64,000 nt of DNA from Amoebophrya sp. A120 (lineage: Eukaryota; Protista; Dinoflagellata): the NCBI GenBank assembly GCA_905178155.1, contig CAJINV010000019.1, forward strand, positions 1,224,913 through 1,288,912, given 5' to 3'. The first letter of the stretch is position 1. Every line of letters begins with the position of its first letter. Shown one piece after another: positions 25,601 through 37,600 of the stretch. Below the pieces are notes generated by a model. The model was not told the origin of the DNA and did not search any database. It worked only from the letters and a program-made list of their open reading frames with translations. The translations under genes and the position numbers were made by a program.

Positions 25601-28600
25601 GCTTGGTCGTGCGTCAACTTTTCCTCAACCCATTTTTCAGGAGTCTGCTGGCCAGGACGAGAAGTTGGGGCCTTATGATGAAGTTGAGGCAGCGAAAGGA
25701 GCTGGAGTCGAACAAGAAAGGCTAGAGGAATGGCTAGGGACGGTAGTGCATCGCTTTTTATTTGTTTTGCGACTCCTATAGGTTTGGCTGGAGGACGTGG
25801 CTAATCTATGTCATCCTAATTTTTAATATCGGATATGAGCCAGCACCAGGTCGTTGTCCTTCAAAAGGTGAAAATAAAAGAGGTCCGCACGACCATGAAC
25901 AAAGACAACGATAGAAGTCGTCCGCCAACTGACTAAAAGACAACGTGGTGGACGAACAAGCAAGAGTTGATCATTTATGATTGAAGATGATGAAGAACAT
26001 CATCGGCATCATGATCCGCTTCCTCTTCCTAGCATTCGCGACCGAAACATCAGATTCAAATGCGCCGAACCGGGATTGTGCTTTATGTGTAGTAGGCCAC
26101 AGGAACTGCCTGTCCATGGTGTGTACTCCTCGAGCCGGAAGGCGGGATACAGTTCAGCGGCAATGGGTAATCGAAAACCTCCCAATAAGCGTATCGTGAT
26201 TGTATCCAAATTACACCAACAGCCTTCATCTCCGGCGGAAGAAATACCGGGCCAAGTTGTCTTCGATGAGAAACAGCCGTTTGTTCTGAAGTGGGCGAAT
26301 CCACTAACCAAGAAAGGCGCCGAAGACGTCGTCGCACACGTGACAGGGGGAAGCAAGATGCAGAAAGCGGAGGCACTTCAGACCCTAACCGCGGACAAGA
26401 TGAATCAAGTAGAGCAAAAGGTCATGGAGCTGCAATTTTTTGAACCTCAGGCTGTGCAAGACGGCAAAGGGGTCACAGAAATTTGCGGAAAAATGTACGT
26501 GGTGTCCGGCTTTGAGCCCTGGACGAGCAAGTGCATTCAAAAGGGCGGGCTCGCGCAGCCAACAAAGCTTTTTCCTTGGAGATCCTGTTCAGGTTCCACC
26601 GGAATAGCCAGGGGCGTGGCGCAGAAGTTTTGTCTTTTCGAACAGTCGGCGGCTGCAGACGACGGGAAGGGGGCGAGGCTATGCATTTCGAAACTTGTCT
26701 GGGTTAGAGGAAGGGCGTCATTGTATATGTGCGCCGTCTTTGTAGTTGACTTTCGCCGGGAAGCAAACTGAGATCTATGCATGAGAGCACGAGAGACATC
26801 AATGATCGCTGCAGCGCAAGGCGTTTTTGTACGCAAGTGCGCCACGCACTGTGATGGATATGGGTTTGGCACATAGGCCTCGTCCGTGTTCGAAGATGAA
26901 TCAATGGTGCTGCTGACACAAATTCGGAATCAATGGCGCTGCTGACACAACTTCAGTGATACAGATTCTGGACTCAGCACTTTTCCCGACCCAGACGCAT
27001 TTGCAGTCGATAGCACTTTCGGATTCATGCGTTTGGCAAGCCCGCCGAGCTGCTGACAACGCGCCAAGATTTCGGACGAGGATATTCAAACAACTATCTG
27101 CACTTGGATCCCCAAGTCCAGCTTAACGCGCCGAAGGACCTGATCCTAGTGCAAGGAAACCAGCGGGTGAAAGCGCTTAGCGAGGTGAAGGGTCCGTCCA
27201 CTACCGCCGCCTTCGCAAGCGGAGGAACGACTGCGGGCACAGTACTGCTAGCTATTTTCATTTTCCGACGTTTACAACCCTACACGTTAATGTTAAACGA
27301 TAAAAAGTCACCCGAACCGGCGATTTTTCTTGCTCTACTAGCGACGCGCCTGACATTGTATCGTAATAGAGTGCATATATACTTTTGTACAGAATTATCA
27401 GAAACAACACGGCAGCTCTAGTTTTTACAGAGAACGAGCTGTGCAGATCTGGTTGATATTATCAATCTCCTGCAAAGACATAAATAGACCGGTGCTGTTG
27501 TTCTTTGATGGGGAGATGGGATTTCGAATGGAGTTTTCTTCACAATCACAGGCCGTTCTTCATGAGGAAGCAGGAAGCGGCGCTTGGGCCAGAAGCGAAA
27601 AAAACGCACCAAAGCCGAGCCTGGTGGATCCGGAAGTGCGCATCGCTGATCCTGAGGTACTAGGTGTTAACCGTTGATTTGTATGTAGTGAGGCCGCGAG
27701 CGCTGGCGCTCTAATCTGGCGGCTTTTTAATTGCCAGACAGACAGCAAAGCGACCACAGCCTGACAAAAAGTGTTGCAGTTTGTTACACAAATTAGAAGG
27801 ATTCGAGAAGGGCATCACAAGCAACTTTTGTCATGCAAGCCGTGCTGAGTAAGAGTAGCGGTAGCCTAGTTTTCGTGCGTGTGGTCCTTAATCCTTTGGA
27901 ATCTCCACATTAGAAGGAAGTTCGATTTGTCATGCCGAGCAAGTTTGTGTTGCTGAAGTCTTCTCGAAGGGGGCAACTGTAACGCTTTTGTTCTTGCGCA
28001 TTTTGCGGCTTGAGGCTTTTTTCTCCATAGTCTTTCTCAATGCCGCACCAAATCCAAAACTCTTCAATCCCCACATTAGCTTTATCTGGGAAGCGCAATG
28101 CGTCTGAATCTGCAGCTTCGCAGTAATACGCCATGAACTTAATACTACTCTTCGAGGCTGAGCTGCAGCTATTGTCTGTGGCCGTCCTTTATCCTTTCCT
28201 TTCCCCATCTGATTCCGAAAAAACGCACAGCAACTGCACACTGGTCTCGGCGAGTGAGCGTCTACTTTATCGATGGCGGCTTGTGGTGAAAGCCGTACTG
28301 AAGTAGAAGTTGAAAAATACAAATTTACCAGGTGCTCCCCTTGTTGAAACATCTCCGGGCCGGAGAGGTTTTCACGATCAAAATTGCAAACGAGAAGGAA
28401 CCGCAGAAACCCTATACCGTGTACCGCGTTGATGACGAGGACGCCACCGCTGTCTTTGGTGCGCCGAAGCCTCCTCACTCGCTCGGTGCGGCAAAAGAAC
28501 CTCTCCAGGAGCGGTTGGAGCTTTCGGGCGAAGATGAAACTCTGCGTGTGTCTCCGAACTTCAAACTGGTGAACGTGGCAACTCAGCATAAGAACAATTT

Positions 28601-31600
28601 CGAGGCCTGTGGCGATCTGCAGGCCTTGGGAGACGTCGGAGATCAGGCGGCTGCAGAGCAGTTGTTTGTCTACCGTGCAAGTATGGGCTACGCTACAAAA
28701 CCGGGCTTTCAAGCGAAGCTTGTAAACCAAGAAAAAATCGGTGGGTTGCCTTGGGTGTGTCTGAAACTGAATGCTCAGCAGCAGGAGGGCAGCATGTCGT
28801 GGGAACTGAAACTGGACGGGAAAAGTATGATCCTTGGGGGCTCGTTATGCAAAGGTTAGTCGTGCCTTCGACCTAGCATGATGTTTCCGCACCCATGATA
28901 TTTTTTAACGCCAGGTCCCTCCTCGATAAAAAGCCTACGGCAGGGGCACAGTCGACATTATGGTGTTTCGGCGAGTTAAGTATCCTGCTACCGTGCCTGC
29001 GTCACGTATGGCGTAGATCAACCTGACAGGGCTGCGCCTGTAACTTGTGACTGGACCGCACTAATAGACCCGTTTCGCCGCGACGAGTGCCCGGTGATGT
29101 GCCCTTTTTTTCATTACTGTGGCTATGCTGTCGACGCTTATCTTCCAATTTTGTTGGCATGATAATTATTACTCTGCCGGGATCTTCTCTTCGTGTCCAT
29201 CATTGTACACCGACTCTTAATGCGGAAACATCTGCGTGGTTGGCCGCAGTTTTGGTCTCCATTCGCCATTATTTTTACGGTCGGCCGCGATGTTTCGGTG
29301 CAGGACGTGCGGTGGTCAGATCAACTAAACCTCGTGCGGCCCATTGTACGAAAGGGGGGAACCACGCCTCTAGTAGAGTCCTCCCGCGACGGAAAAAGCA
29401 CTGCATGGCCCTCCGGACAAGCCGGAAGCTTTACGAAAGGGACAAAGCTTCAGATTTGATGTTTTTGATGATGATCAAGTAGAATGCTCATCTTCACGAT
29501 GCCCCCCCCAGATGGGGCTTCATGAGCAAAGATTTTTTACATGTGCCATTTCCACTCTTCGTGATGATAGTCCAATTTTCGAATGACGTCAGGACGCATG
29601 ATGGGCGGCGCGTGGCTATCATTGCAATTCCATCGGAATAATGAAGCCGTGCCAGCTGCGATGTTTTATGCGCTACTTTTGACGAAATTCGAATTCGTCA
29701 GGTACTCAGCTTGATAAAAAGAACGAGAATTAATACGAGTCAAACAAGGCTTCGACTTAACAACGTTTTTCCGTATTGCTTTAAGAGCCGTGCCTCCTCG
29801 CTCCAACATCGGGGCTTCTCTTCACGATGATCACCAGTCAAAAAGTTGCACAGAACTATTTTGTTCTGCCAGAAAAACAGTAGGGAAAGCAACAGTAGAG
29901 GACACGTCGTGCATAGACATTTTCATATTTTGATGCAACTTGCCGTGGGCTGGGGGAGTACTAGAGGTCGAGGTTTGGTCCTTTCGATACGCGCAAATTG
30001 ATCTGGTGCAGCCGCAGGCAATGCTGGGAAGCGAAATTGCGACTGGGGGTGGGCCCCCTGCTGCAGAGGTGGGGCTTGTCGACCCTGCAGTCAAAGATCC
30101 GCTGGACGATCTGGAGCGAAAAGTACGGCAGGGCGCATACTCCTTCCGAATTGTTTTCGCACAAGGGAGCGCTGCCAGTGAAGAAGGAGCGTTCAAAACC
30201 GCGATTTTTACCTCACCCGACTACGTCTCGATGCTTGCGTACGACGAAACATCAGAACGCCCTGCGAGAAAGAAATTGGCATCGGACCATCGGGACTTTT
30301 CTTTGGTTGACCACATCCGTTCCGGTCCTACGCCTGGCTCTCCTCTATGTGGGAAGGTGAAGGCCACCGAACCCAAAGATTCTGGAAAGTGCTTGGGGTG
30401 GCAGCGGAAAGGGCCTGGACTGTCTGAGGTTGACTGTCGGACTCTTGGATTGGTCTTCTGCTTCCATGCAAAGCCGCGGGCGTCGGACGATGCCTCTCAA
30501 CCCCGTTTCACCATTACGCACACGGCCAGCAAGACGGAATCGTTCAAATTAGCGGTACGGAGGTGGAAAAAAAACAAGAAAACCCATATCGTGGATTGAT
30601 AAATTGCCGTTCCTCTTTTTGAATGTCTCACAAAGCCTGGTCATGGGATATGTTTTAGGACCTGGCGAGTTCAAAGAGAAAGATGCCATTGTAGCAGCTC
30701 TCCTCTGCCACTGCATTTTTGTCATGAAAAGGTAGAACGGCTTGGAACAGTGCATTAGGTAGAAGCCAACATGCCGGCAGTGGGGGGAAAATAACAAGGA
30801 TTACAATATCATAACCACGGAAGATGGGTTCAGAAGTTTTCATTTTGATACGAATTGCCGGAAGGTGAATCCCCGTACGTGCACCTGTTTTATGAAGAAC
30901 AAAGGTATCTTTTCCCATCGGATAATATTGGACAGACCAGTCCGTGTCCGACCCGTCTTGCTTGAAAAATAGCTTGTAGACATGCATCCGCAGTAGAAAC
31001 TTCCAGGGGCGCCTGCCCCTGTGCAGTGACATGAGCCCCTCTTGTGTGTTGCCGCAAGGAGCATGCGCAGCGTCCCCTTTTAGCTGTGCGCGCAAAGTAC
31101 GCGTTTTGTGCTTGTACGTACACATCGGTTTTTGTATGGGACGTGGCACGACGGTGGGCGGAGGTCCGATATTGAGTGGTGGGAAAAGAAGGCTTCACGT
31201 CAATACGCAACCTGACGGGGAAATCACAAAGAGCCACGCAACCGAAGTCTTGTTGCCCGCGACGGTACAGTTTAGATGCGTTGCTTATTCCTTATTTGGC
31301 AACCCAATTGACCGACATTCAGCTATCTCTCCACGACACGAAAACAGATGAGAGCTGTTGCCCGCATCACATGTATCACGAAGTGAAAACGCGGCACTGC
31401 GGGGCTTGCTTACTTAAATTTAACTTCGGCCCCTTCGGTGGGGGCCTTTTTTGGTAATGACAAATATTAATCGTCCCCGGGGGCTCCCTGCGGCTGCGAG
31501 ATAGCTGCTTTTAGTTTGCGTCTTGCGAGACAAGAGAGGCCGGGTGTCGTGGGCTGCCCTCTAGGCCGCGCAGTTTGCCGTTCTCTTGCTAGAACTGGTG

Positions 31601-34600
31601 CCGCTTGCCCGCTTCTTGCAAAAAATTCACCGATGTCAGGAGAAGTGTGTTATCCTTTCGGCAGCAAAAGAGGCGTCGGAGGTCAGCCGGATGCCTCGCC
31701 GGCCGCATTGTGGCATGCAAGTGCGCTGCGAGAGGGAATTTACGTTCTCCGAAGGAAATTGGGCAAGCCAGCGTGACCGTGTGTGCCGAATACCCCTACT
31801 TGGTCGCTTAGTGTGTTAAGTACTTACAACCAACAACAGGGCGAGGTTTTGCGTCAGGCGGAAGAGAAGCTCAAAGAGGCAGCAGAGGCAAAAGCGGCAG
31901 CTGCAACTCCCCAACTCCCACAGGTACTGAAAGAAGTTTACGAAAAGTGATCTGTTTTGTTGTTTTATTCCGTATTCTTTCCATTCTAAATTTGAACTGC
32001 GTTGTCGTCGTCCAACACTTCGAATGAATCCATACCAACCTGGTGCGCCGGAGCGATCACGTCATCCAGGGAACTAGATGTCGTACTTGCTCCTCTGGGG
32101 GTCAAAAAGACATGCTCACGACGGCCTTCTCTGACTATGATTCATCTTGACTTGTCTCTCGTTTTCGTCTTCATGGCAAAACGACAAACAAGTGGAAAAG
32201 AAAATCTGTCAGTGTCACATCCATCACGAAGTGCAACGTGATGAAGGCGAATTCAATTTTTCATATGCTCAACGAGACGGAAGCGGGACGCTGCTTTGCC
32301 CGCTTGTTTTTACAAATTCGAATTTTATTTCGGGGACAGTTGAGTGGGACTGGGACTTGTCATTGTTTGCCTCTGGGAGAAGCTTGTCCGGATTATCAAA
32401 TTTCCTACTTGAGAATCCAAGTCTCCGCTTATTTCGGCCTTATTTCACCCTAGAAGTACGAGGCGCCCGTCGCGGACGACCTGGCGAAGTGGAGCCTTTT
32501 CATCTCGGTCCGGATACATATTTTTACCGAGCAGACGGAGGAGACCGCGGACATTTCGTCGTCCGGGTCGTGCGCCGTTGTTTGCTTTTTTAACTGCTGG
32601 CGGAGGCCACTCGCAAACAAAGCAGTTAACAGAACGACAGCCAGTTGTATTTCCCGTAACTAGAGAAGCCGCGTAAACGCAAAAGAGGCATTACGACACT
32701 CGGTCGCAAAGCAAAACTCGCTCAGCAAGACAATCTATCGTACTTACAACAGCCGCAACCGGTACAGCCGGCGCAACCGGAACAGCCGGAAGAAGAAGAA
32801 GAAGAAGAAGATGATGAATACAACTACGATTTGTTTCCCAGTGATAATCAGGCCCGAAGCCAAGGGGGCTGGGCACGGGTGCCTGGCTCCCCGTCCTTGC
32901 GGAATTATTACTCAGAGGTAAATAATCATGTTGCGTGTTTTTTGTTTCACAGCGCGGCAGCTTTTTTTATTTCAACTTCACCCATCCGATCTTCACAAGC
33001 AGCATGGTCTCAGAACTTCTTCTGCGTACCATTGCAATCAGCAAAGACTTTCCGACTTTTTACGGTCACTCCTGCGGCTGCCGGTAGTTGTACGTTAGCG
33101 GCTGGTATTAACGAGACTGCGGCACCAGGATTTGTACTTGGTGGCTCATGTTGGCTGCCAAGGGCGCCGCGCTCTCCCCCTCAGAGCTTTTTTCCACGTC
33201 AGAGCTTGATGTGCCGCGCAGAAGGCGCGTGCGTAGAAGCCGCAACCGCGACAGGGCTTCCTTGTTCACGAGATTTGCTGTCGGGTTTCCGGTACAAAAA
33301 AGGGGAAAGCCAGGACCAGAACTGGGCCTCGATCATGGCAGGCCGGCCAAAAAATGCAGGAAACGCGGCATCGCATTTAGCATGCGTCGCGTCGTTGTAA
33401 GTACTGGAACTCGTCACACCCACAGCTACACTACTTATTACAACAGGAGCCGTTTGATCGGAAAGACAAAGAGGAAGACGAAAACCGCGGAGGGGATCAG
33501 GAAGACGAAGGACCGCTGAACGAGGAAGCAGGGGAGCATCGTTATGAACGCGGGGGTTTTGATCCGGAGGTACTCTTACTTTTGATGAATTTGCCATCCT
33601 CAAATACACTTCTTGAATACCTTTTTGCGCATGTGAGACAACTTGCTTGACGAGGATACACCGGAGCGCAGTTGGAGTTAGTGGAAACTCACACTGTTTT
33701 TTGTGCAGACCACATGCTTTTGCCAGGCTTGACATATCAGTTAGAATGTTTTTCCGCACGAGAGCCAATAAGAAGTGCACAGCGAATAGCTACACGTTGT
33801 AGTACGGGCCGAAAAATACTGCTAAACTTAATTCGTTTTATTTCGATCTGCTGGCTCGCTTTGGTTTCGCCACAACGTGCGCGGCATACGAGGCGTTTAT
33901 GGAGGAACCGAAGCCGAGACGACACTGGCTGGGTTCGGATCTTCGTGATGCTAGTTGGTTTTTTTTTTACATCAACGAACACCACTGGGCCGGCTCAGGA
34001 ACCAGAAATTTCGTCAGCCGAAACTGTATCCACCGCCCGCAGTGGGATATATTCGATGCGCCTAACGCGCAGGCCGAAAGAGAAAGTGTCTAAGTATGCG
34101 AACCAAGACTGTCGCCTTTTTTACCTGTGCGTGAACTGTCCTGTAAGTACGCGGCGATGTAAATGTCCTATAAATAATTTTTCAGGGCAATACCGGTGCC
34201 TCTCAGGACGACGGTGCTTGGAGGTCGGACGCTGGTAGCGAGTTTGACCCAGACGACTTGCCCGACGACCTGCAGGTACAACTAAGTAGTGGCTGCTACG
34301 AGTCTTTGCTTTTTTCCAAGTAGATGTAAATCGACATTGCCCTGCGGTTGATGTTGATGACGGTCGAGCGTTTCACCACGGCTTGTGCCACAGCAGAGGA
34401 CACATAGGTGCAGAAGCCGGGGCCAGGATGAGACTGGCTGTGGTCGTCCTTTACATATTCATTTTTAGCTACGCTTCTGTCCACCGCAGTCCGATCCTAC
34501 TTGCGCTGACGGATTATCTACTCTAGCCCAGCTGATTTCTTTTCTAACTATCGAAGAACGAAGAAGCCACCGCCTTTTTTGTTTCAGTTTGAAAAAGAAG

Positions 34601-37600
34601 CAGAGTATTTGCCAGCCGCAATGCCCATGCCCTACTATACCCAGCGTCCCTAGCCGACTGAGTAGAGATAAAGTATGTACGTTATACGAATCAGGACGAC
34701 GACGGGCGGGAAGGCTACTACGATGACCTGCACAGCGCCGCTGGCGACGGCGGAAGTCCAGGGGAAGGCCTGCTTGGCGCCGAGAGGCTCGAGGAATTGA
34801 GGGAAGGCGACGCGCTCCCCCGTGGTAACAACCACCGCACGGAGAACATGGTAGCACGAGCAATTCCAATTCCTTCGACTACCACTTTTTTGAAATAAAC
34901 AATGCGACTTTATTACTAACATGGATCATTATTTGATGGTGGTGGAGCAGTTGTTCACCTTATTTTGCGCCGCGCAAGAGCCTTGTTTGCAGAGGCCGCA
35001 GCTGCCAAGATGACGCATTTTCAAGCGTGTGACCGACATATAGTGGTTTTTATTTATTTCGAGGAGGGGAGTTAGCATGTGTGTCAGTGAGTCTTGCTCA
35101 CGCACCAGTGTGTATTTTTACCAGGGCGTCAGACCTCGCAACGGAGAATTCTAGTTTTACTAACGTCAACCTTTGGTAGTATTTTTGCCACCGAAGAATC
35201 CAAGACCAAGTAGAGCTGCTCCTGCTGGCATGACGAACAAGATCGGCGAATTTCAATGCCGCTGCCTGAATGTATAGAAGGAACACCCGACATCCCCGTG
35301 AAAAGCGAAGACGTCAGGCATTGCTTCATTTTTGGCCATTCGCCGCCTACAACGGCTTACGCAGTAGACTTCTATATCGAGTATGTCAAGCTTGATTAAG
35401 TTTTGAAAAAAATCTCGGGGTATTACAGAACGCGAGGGAGCCGCGGCAGAAGGACATTACCATGAGCGACGAGGCACTGGCGAAGCGTGAAGAACGCATC
35501 AAGAAGATGAGGTCCGCGTCCGCAGACGACGCAGAAGACGGGGAAGCCTGGCTTCGGGCCAATGTTCTTGGCGTCGACTTGTTCGGTGAAGGCCCGGTAC
35601 CACTATCAGCTATGTTGTTGTACAGGCTTTTCTCATATCCTCCTGTGAAGCTTTTATACATCGATCTGGCGAAAAATCGGCGCAGTTTAGGGCAAGAAAT
35701 AATTGGAAAAACGCTGTAGCGTGGTAGAAATTGGGCGTGGAAAAGGATACATGCAGTTGAGGCCTGTCCTAATTCTCCACTTCTCTACAACCTGAGACAG
35801 AAGCAGAGCTTGAGCTGTGCAACGCGATTATTGTCAAAGCACGTTCTCGTTGTGCATTTGAAGGACAGTGTAAATGAGTGCTAGTTCGCGAGCCTCAAGA
35901 AGCTTCGGGTTGTATTGGCGACGTGTATTTGTTTGCCGAATTGAAATGACTCGAGGCTGCGCGTTTAGGGGTCGCACGATGAAGCCGAGTTTTGATATGT
36001 GAAAGTACTTCCGTCTTCTTTGTATGTGTTCGCACGGACTGCCATGGCAGCGCGACTACCATACGACAGTGCGAAAATTGTCTTTGGCATGGTGTTGTGC
36101 AGTGCAAAGAGGTCTGCAGCAGTCTGTCACGGGAGATTCAGAATCTTTGACTTTCTAACAGGAAGCAGAAGAGGCCGAGAGGAAGACTTTCGGAGACCCT
36201 CCGCCGCCAAAAACTGGACAGCAGGTACAACGAAGTTTCATTTAAAACTGTGCATTCCTTCGCAATATTTTGCTTTCGTGATGGAACACTTAAACAAAAC
36301 TGCGCACGGCCCGTTGTTATCTGTGTCTCTTCGAATGCTCCTTCATTGGCTGGGACCTGGCGAATCCGCCAGATGGCTGGCTTTGCTCAATTCCCGTAAT
36401 TGTCCCTTATTTTCTTTCGAAATCAACTGTGGGCAGCCAGAGCACCATTCGTTCCGGGCCCACAACTTGTGCGGACTCAACTTTAATATTCATGTACTTT
36501 GCTGGTTGCAATAATTCTGCAGGTCGTCCCTGACGGCGAGCAGGTTGAAATCGGGGCTGACTTAGAGATGTTCCTGGAAGCTTGGGAGCTTACTCAAGAT
36601 CGTGCAGTTTTTCGTTTGAAATTCCAAGCCGACGACACCCAACCGGACGAGACGGGCAACGCCCGGTTCGTTGTGCGACTAAATGAGGCCAGCGAAAACT
36701 TATCCCTCGAGAGCCAGAAGATCAGCGTTTTGGCCAAGACGGAACAGGAGATTGGGGATAAACAAAGTGAACTTGATTACGAATGGCTTTGGTGGTTTTA
36801 TTTTACTCCCCAACTGACCCCACACTCGTGCGTGCAGATCGCAACCAGTCCTGCCATCACGCAAAACGCGAAAGAGGTCATGAGTTGTCTACAGTGGCCG
36901 CCCGAGACAGGAGCAGAGGCCTTCACGGTGGTGGACTGCGTATCGGGAAAATCATTGCAAGCGTTCTGTGTGGAAAAGCCAAGGTGGGACAAGGACGCGT
37001 TTTATTTTTTTCGCAAAATAACCGAGGAGGAGGACCTCGAAAAGGATTCTAGCCTCCTTTCCGTGAATGCCGACAACGGGCAGCTCTTGTCAGAGATCCC
37101 GGCACACGGGGCTGATGGTATACTGCGGATGTACATCGACAAGCAAAAGCAACACAATCCGCCCAAACCGCAGCAAGCTGTTCGAAAAGCAAAGGAGAGC
37201 GAGATCCAAAAAGAAGCGTGGGGCGCCCTGCTCAGCGGAAACGATGGCGACGAAGAATCTCCAGAGTCCGTGGGGGGCGAGTCCAGTTTTGATGATTCCA
37301 AGGTCAAGGGAATGCTGCAGCTGTATTCGGTGCGGAAAAAGGATGAAGAGGAAGACGAGGACGGCACCACGCAAGCTTCGCAGTCACCTGTACTTGCAGT
37401 GACTGTCGACAATGGAGGCGGTCCTGAAGCCAATCTCCGGGTCCTCCCGGTCATACCAGCCACTGGAAGCTACTACGAGTGGCAGTTCAAAACACTGATC
37501 AAATTCAATGAAAAGTTCAGGGGCCACGAGATTCCGTGTGGAACAATGCAGCTGTCACAGCATTCTCTGACAGCAGGACAACAGCTGTGCCTGCAGCAGG

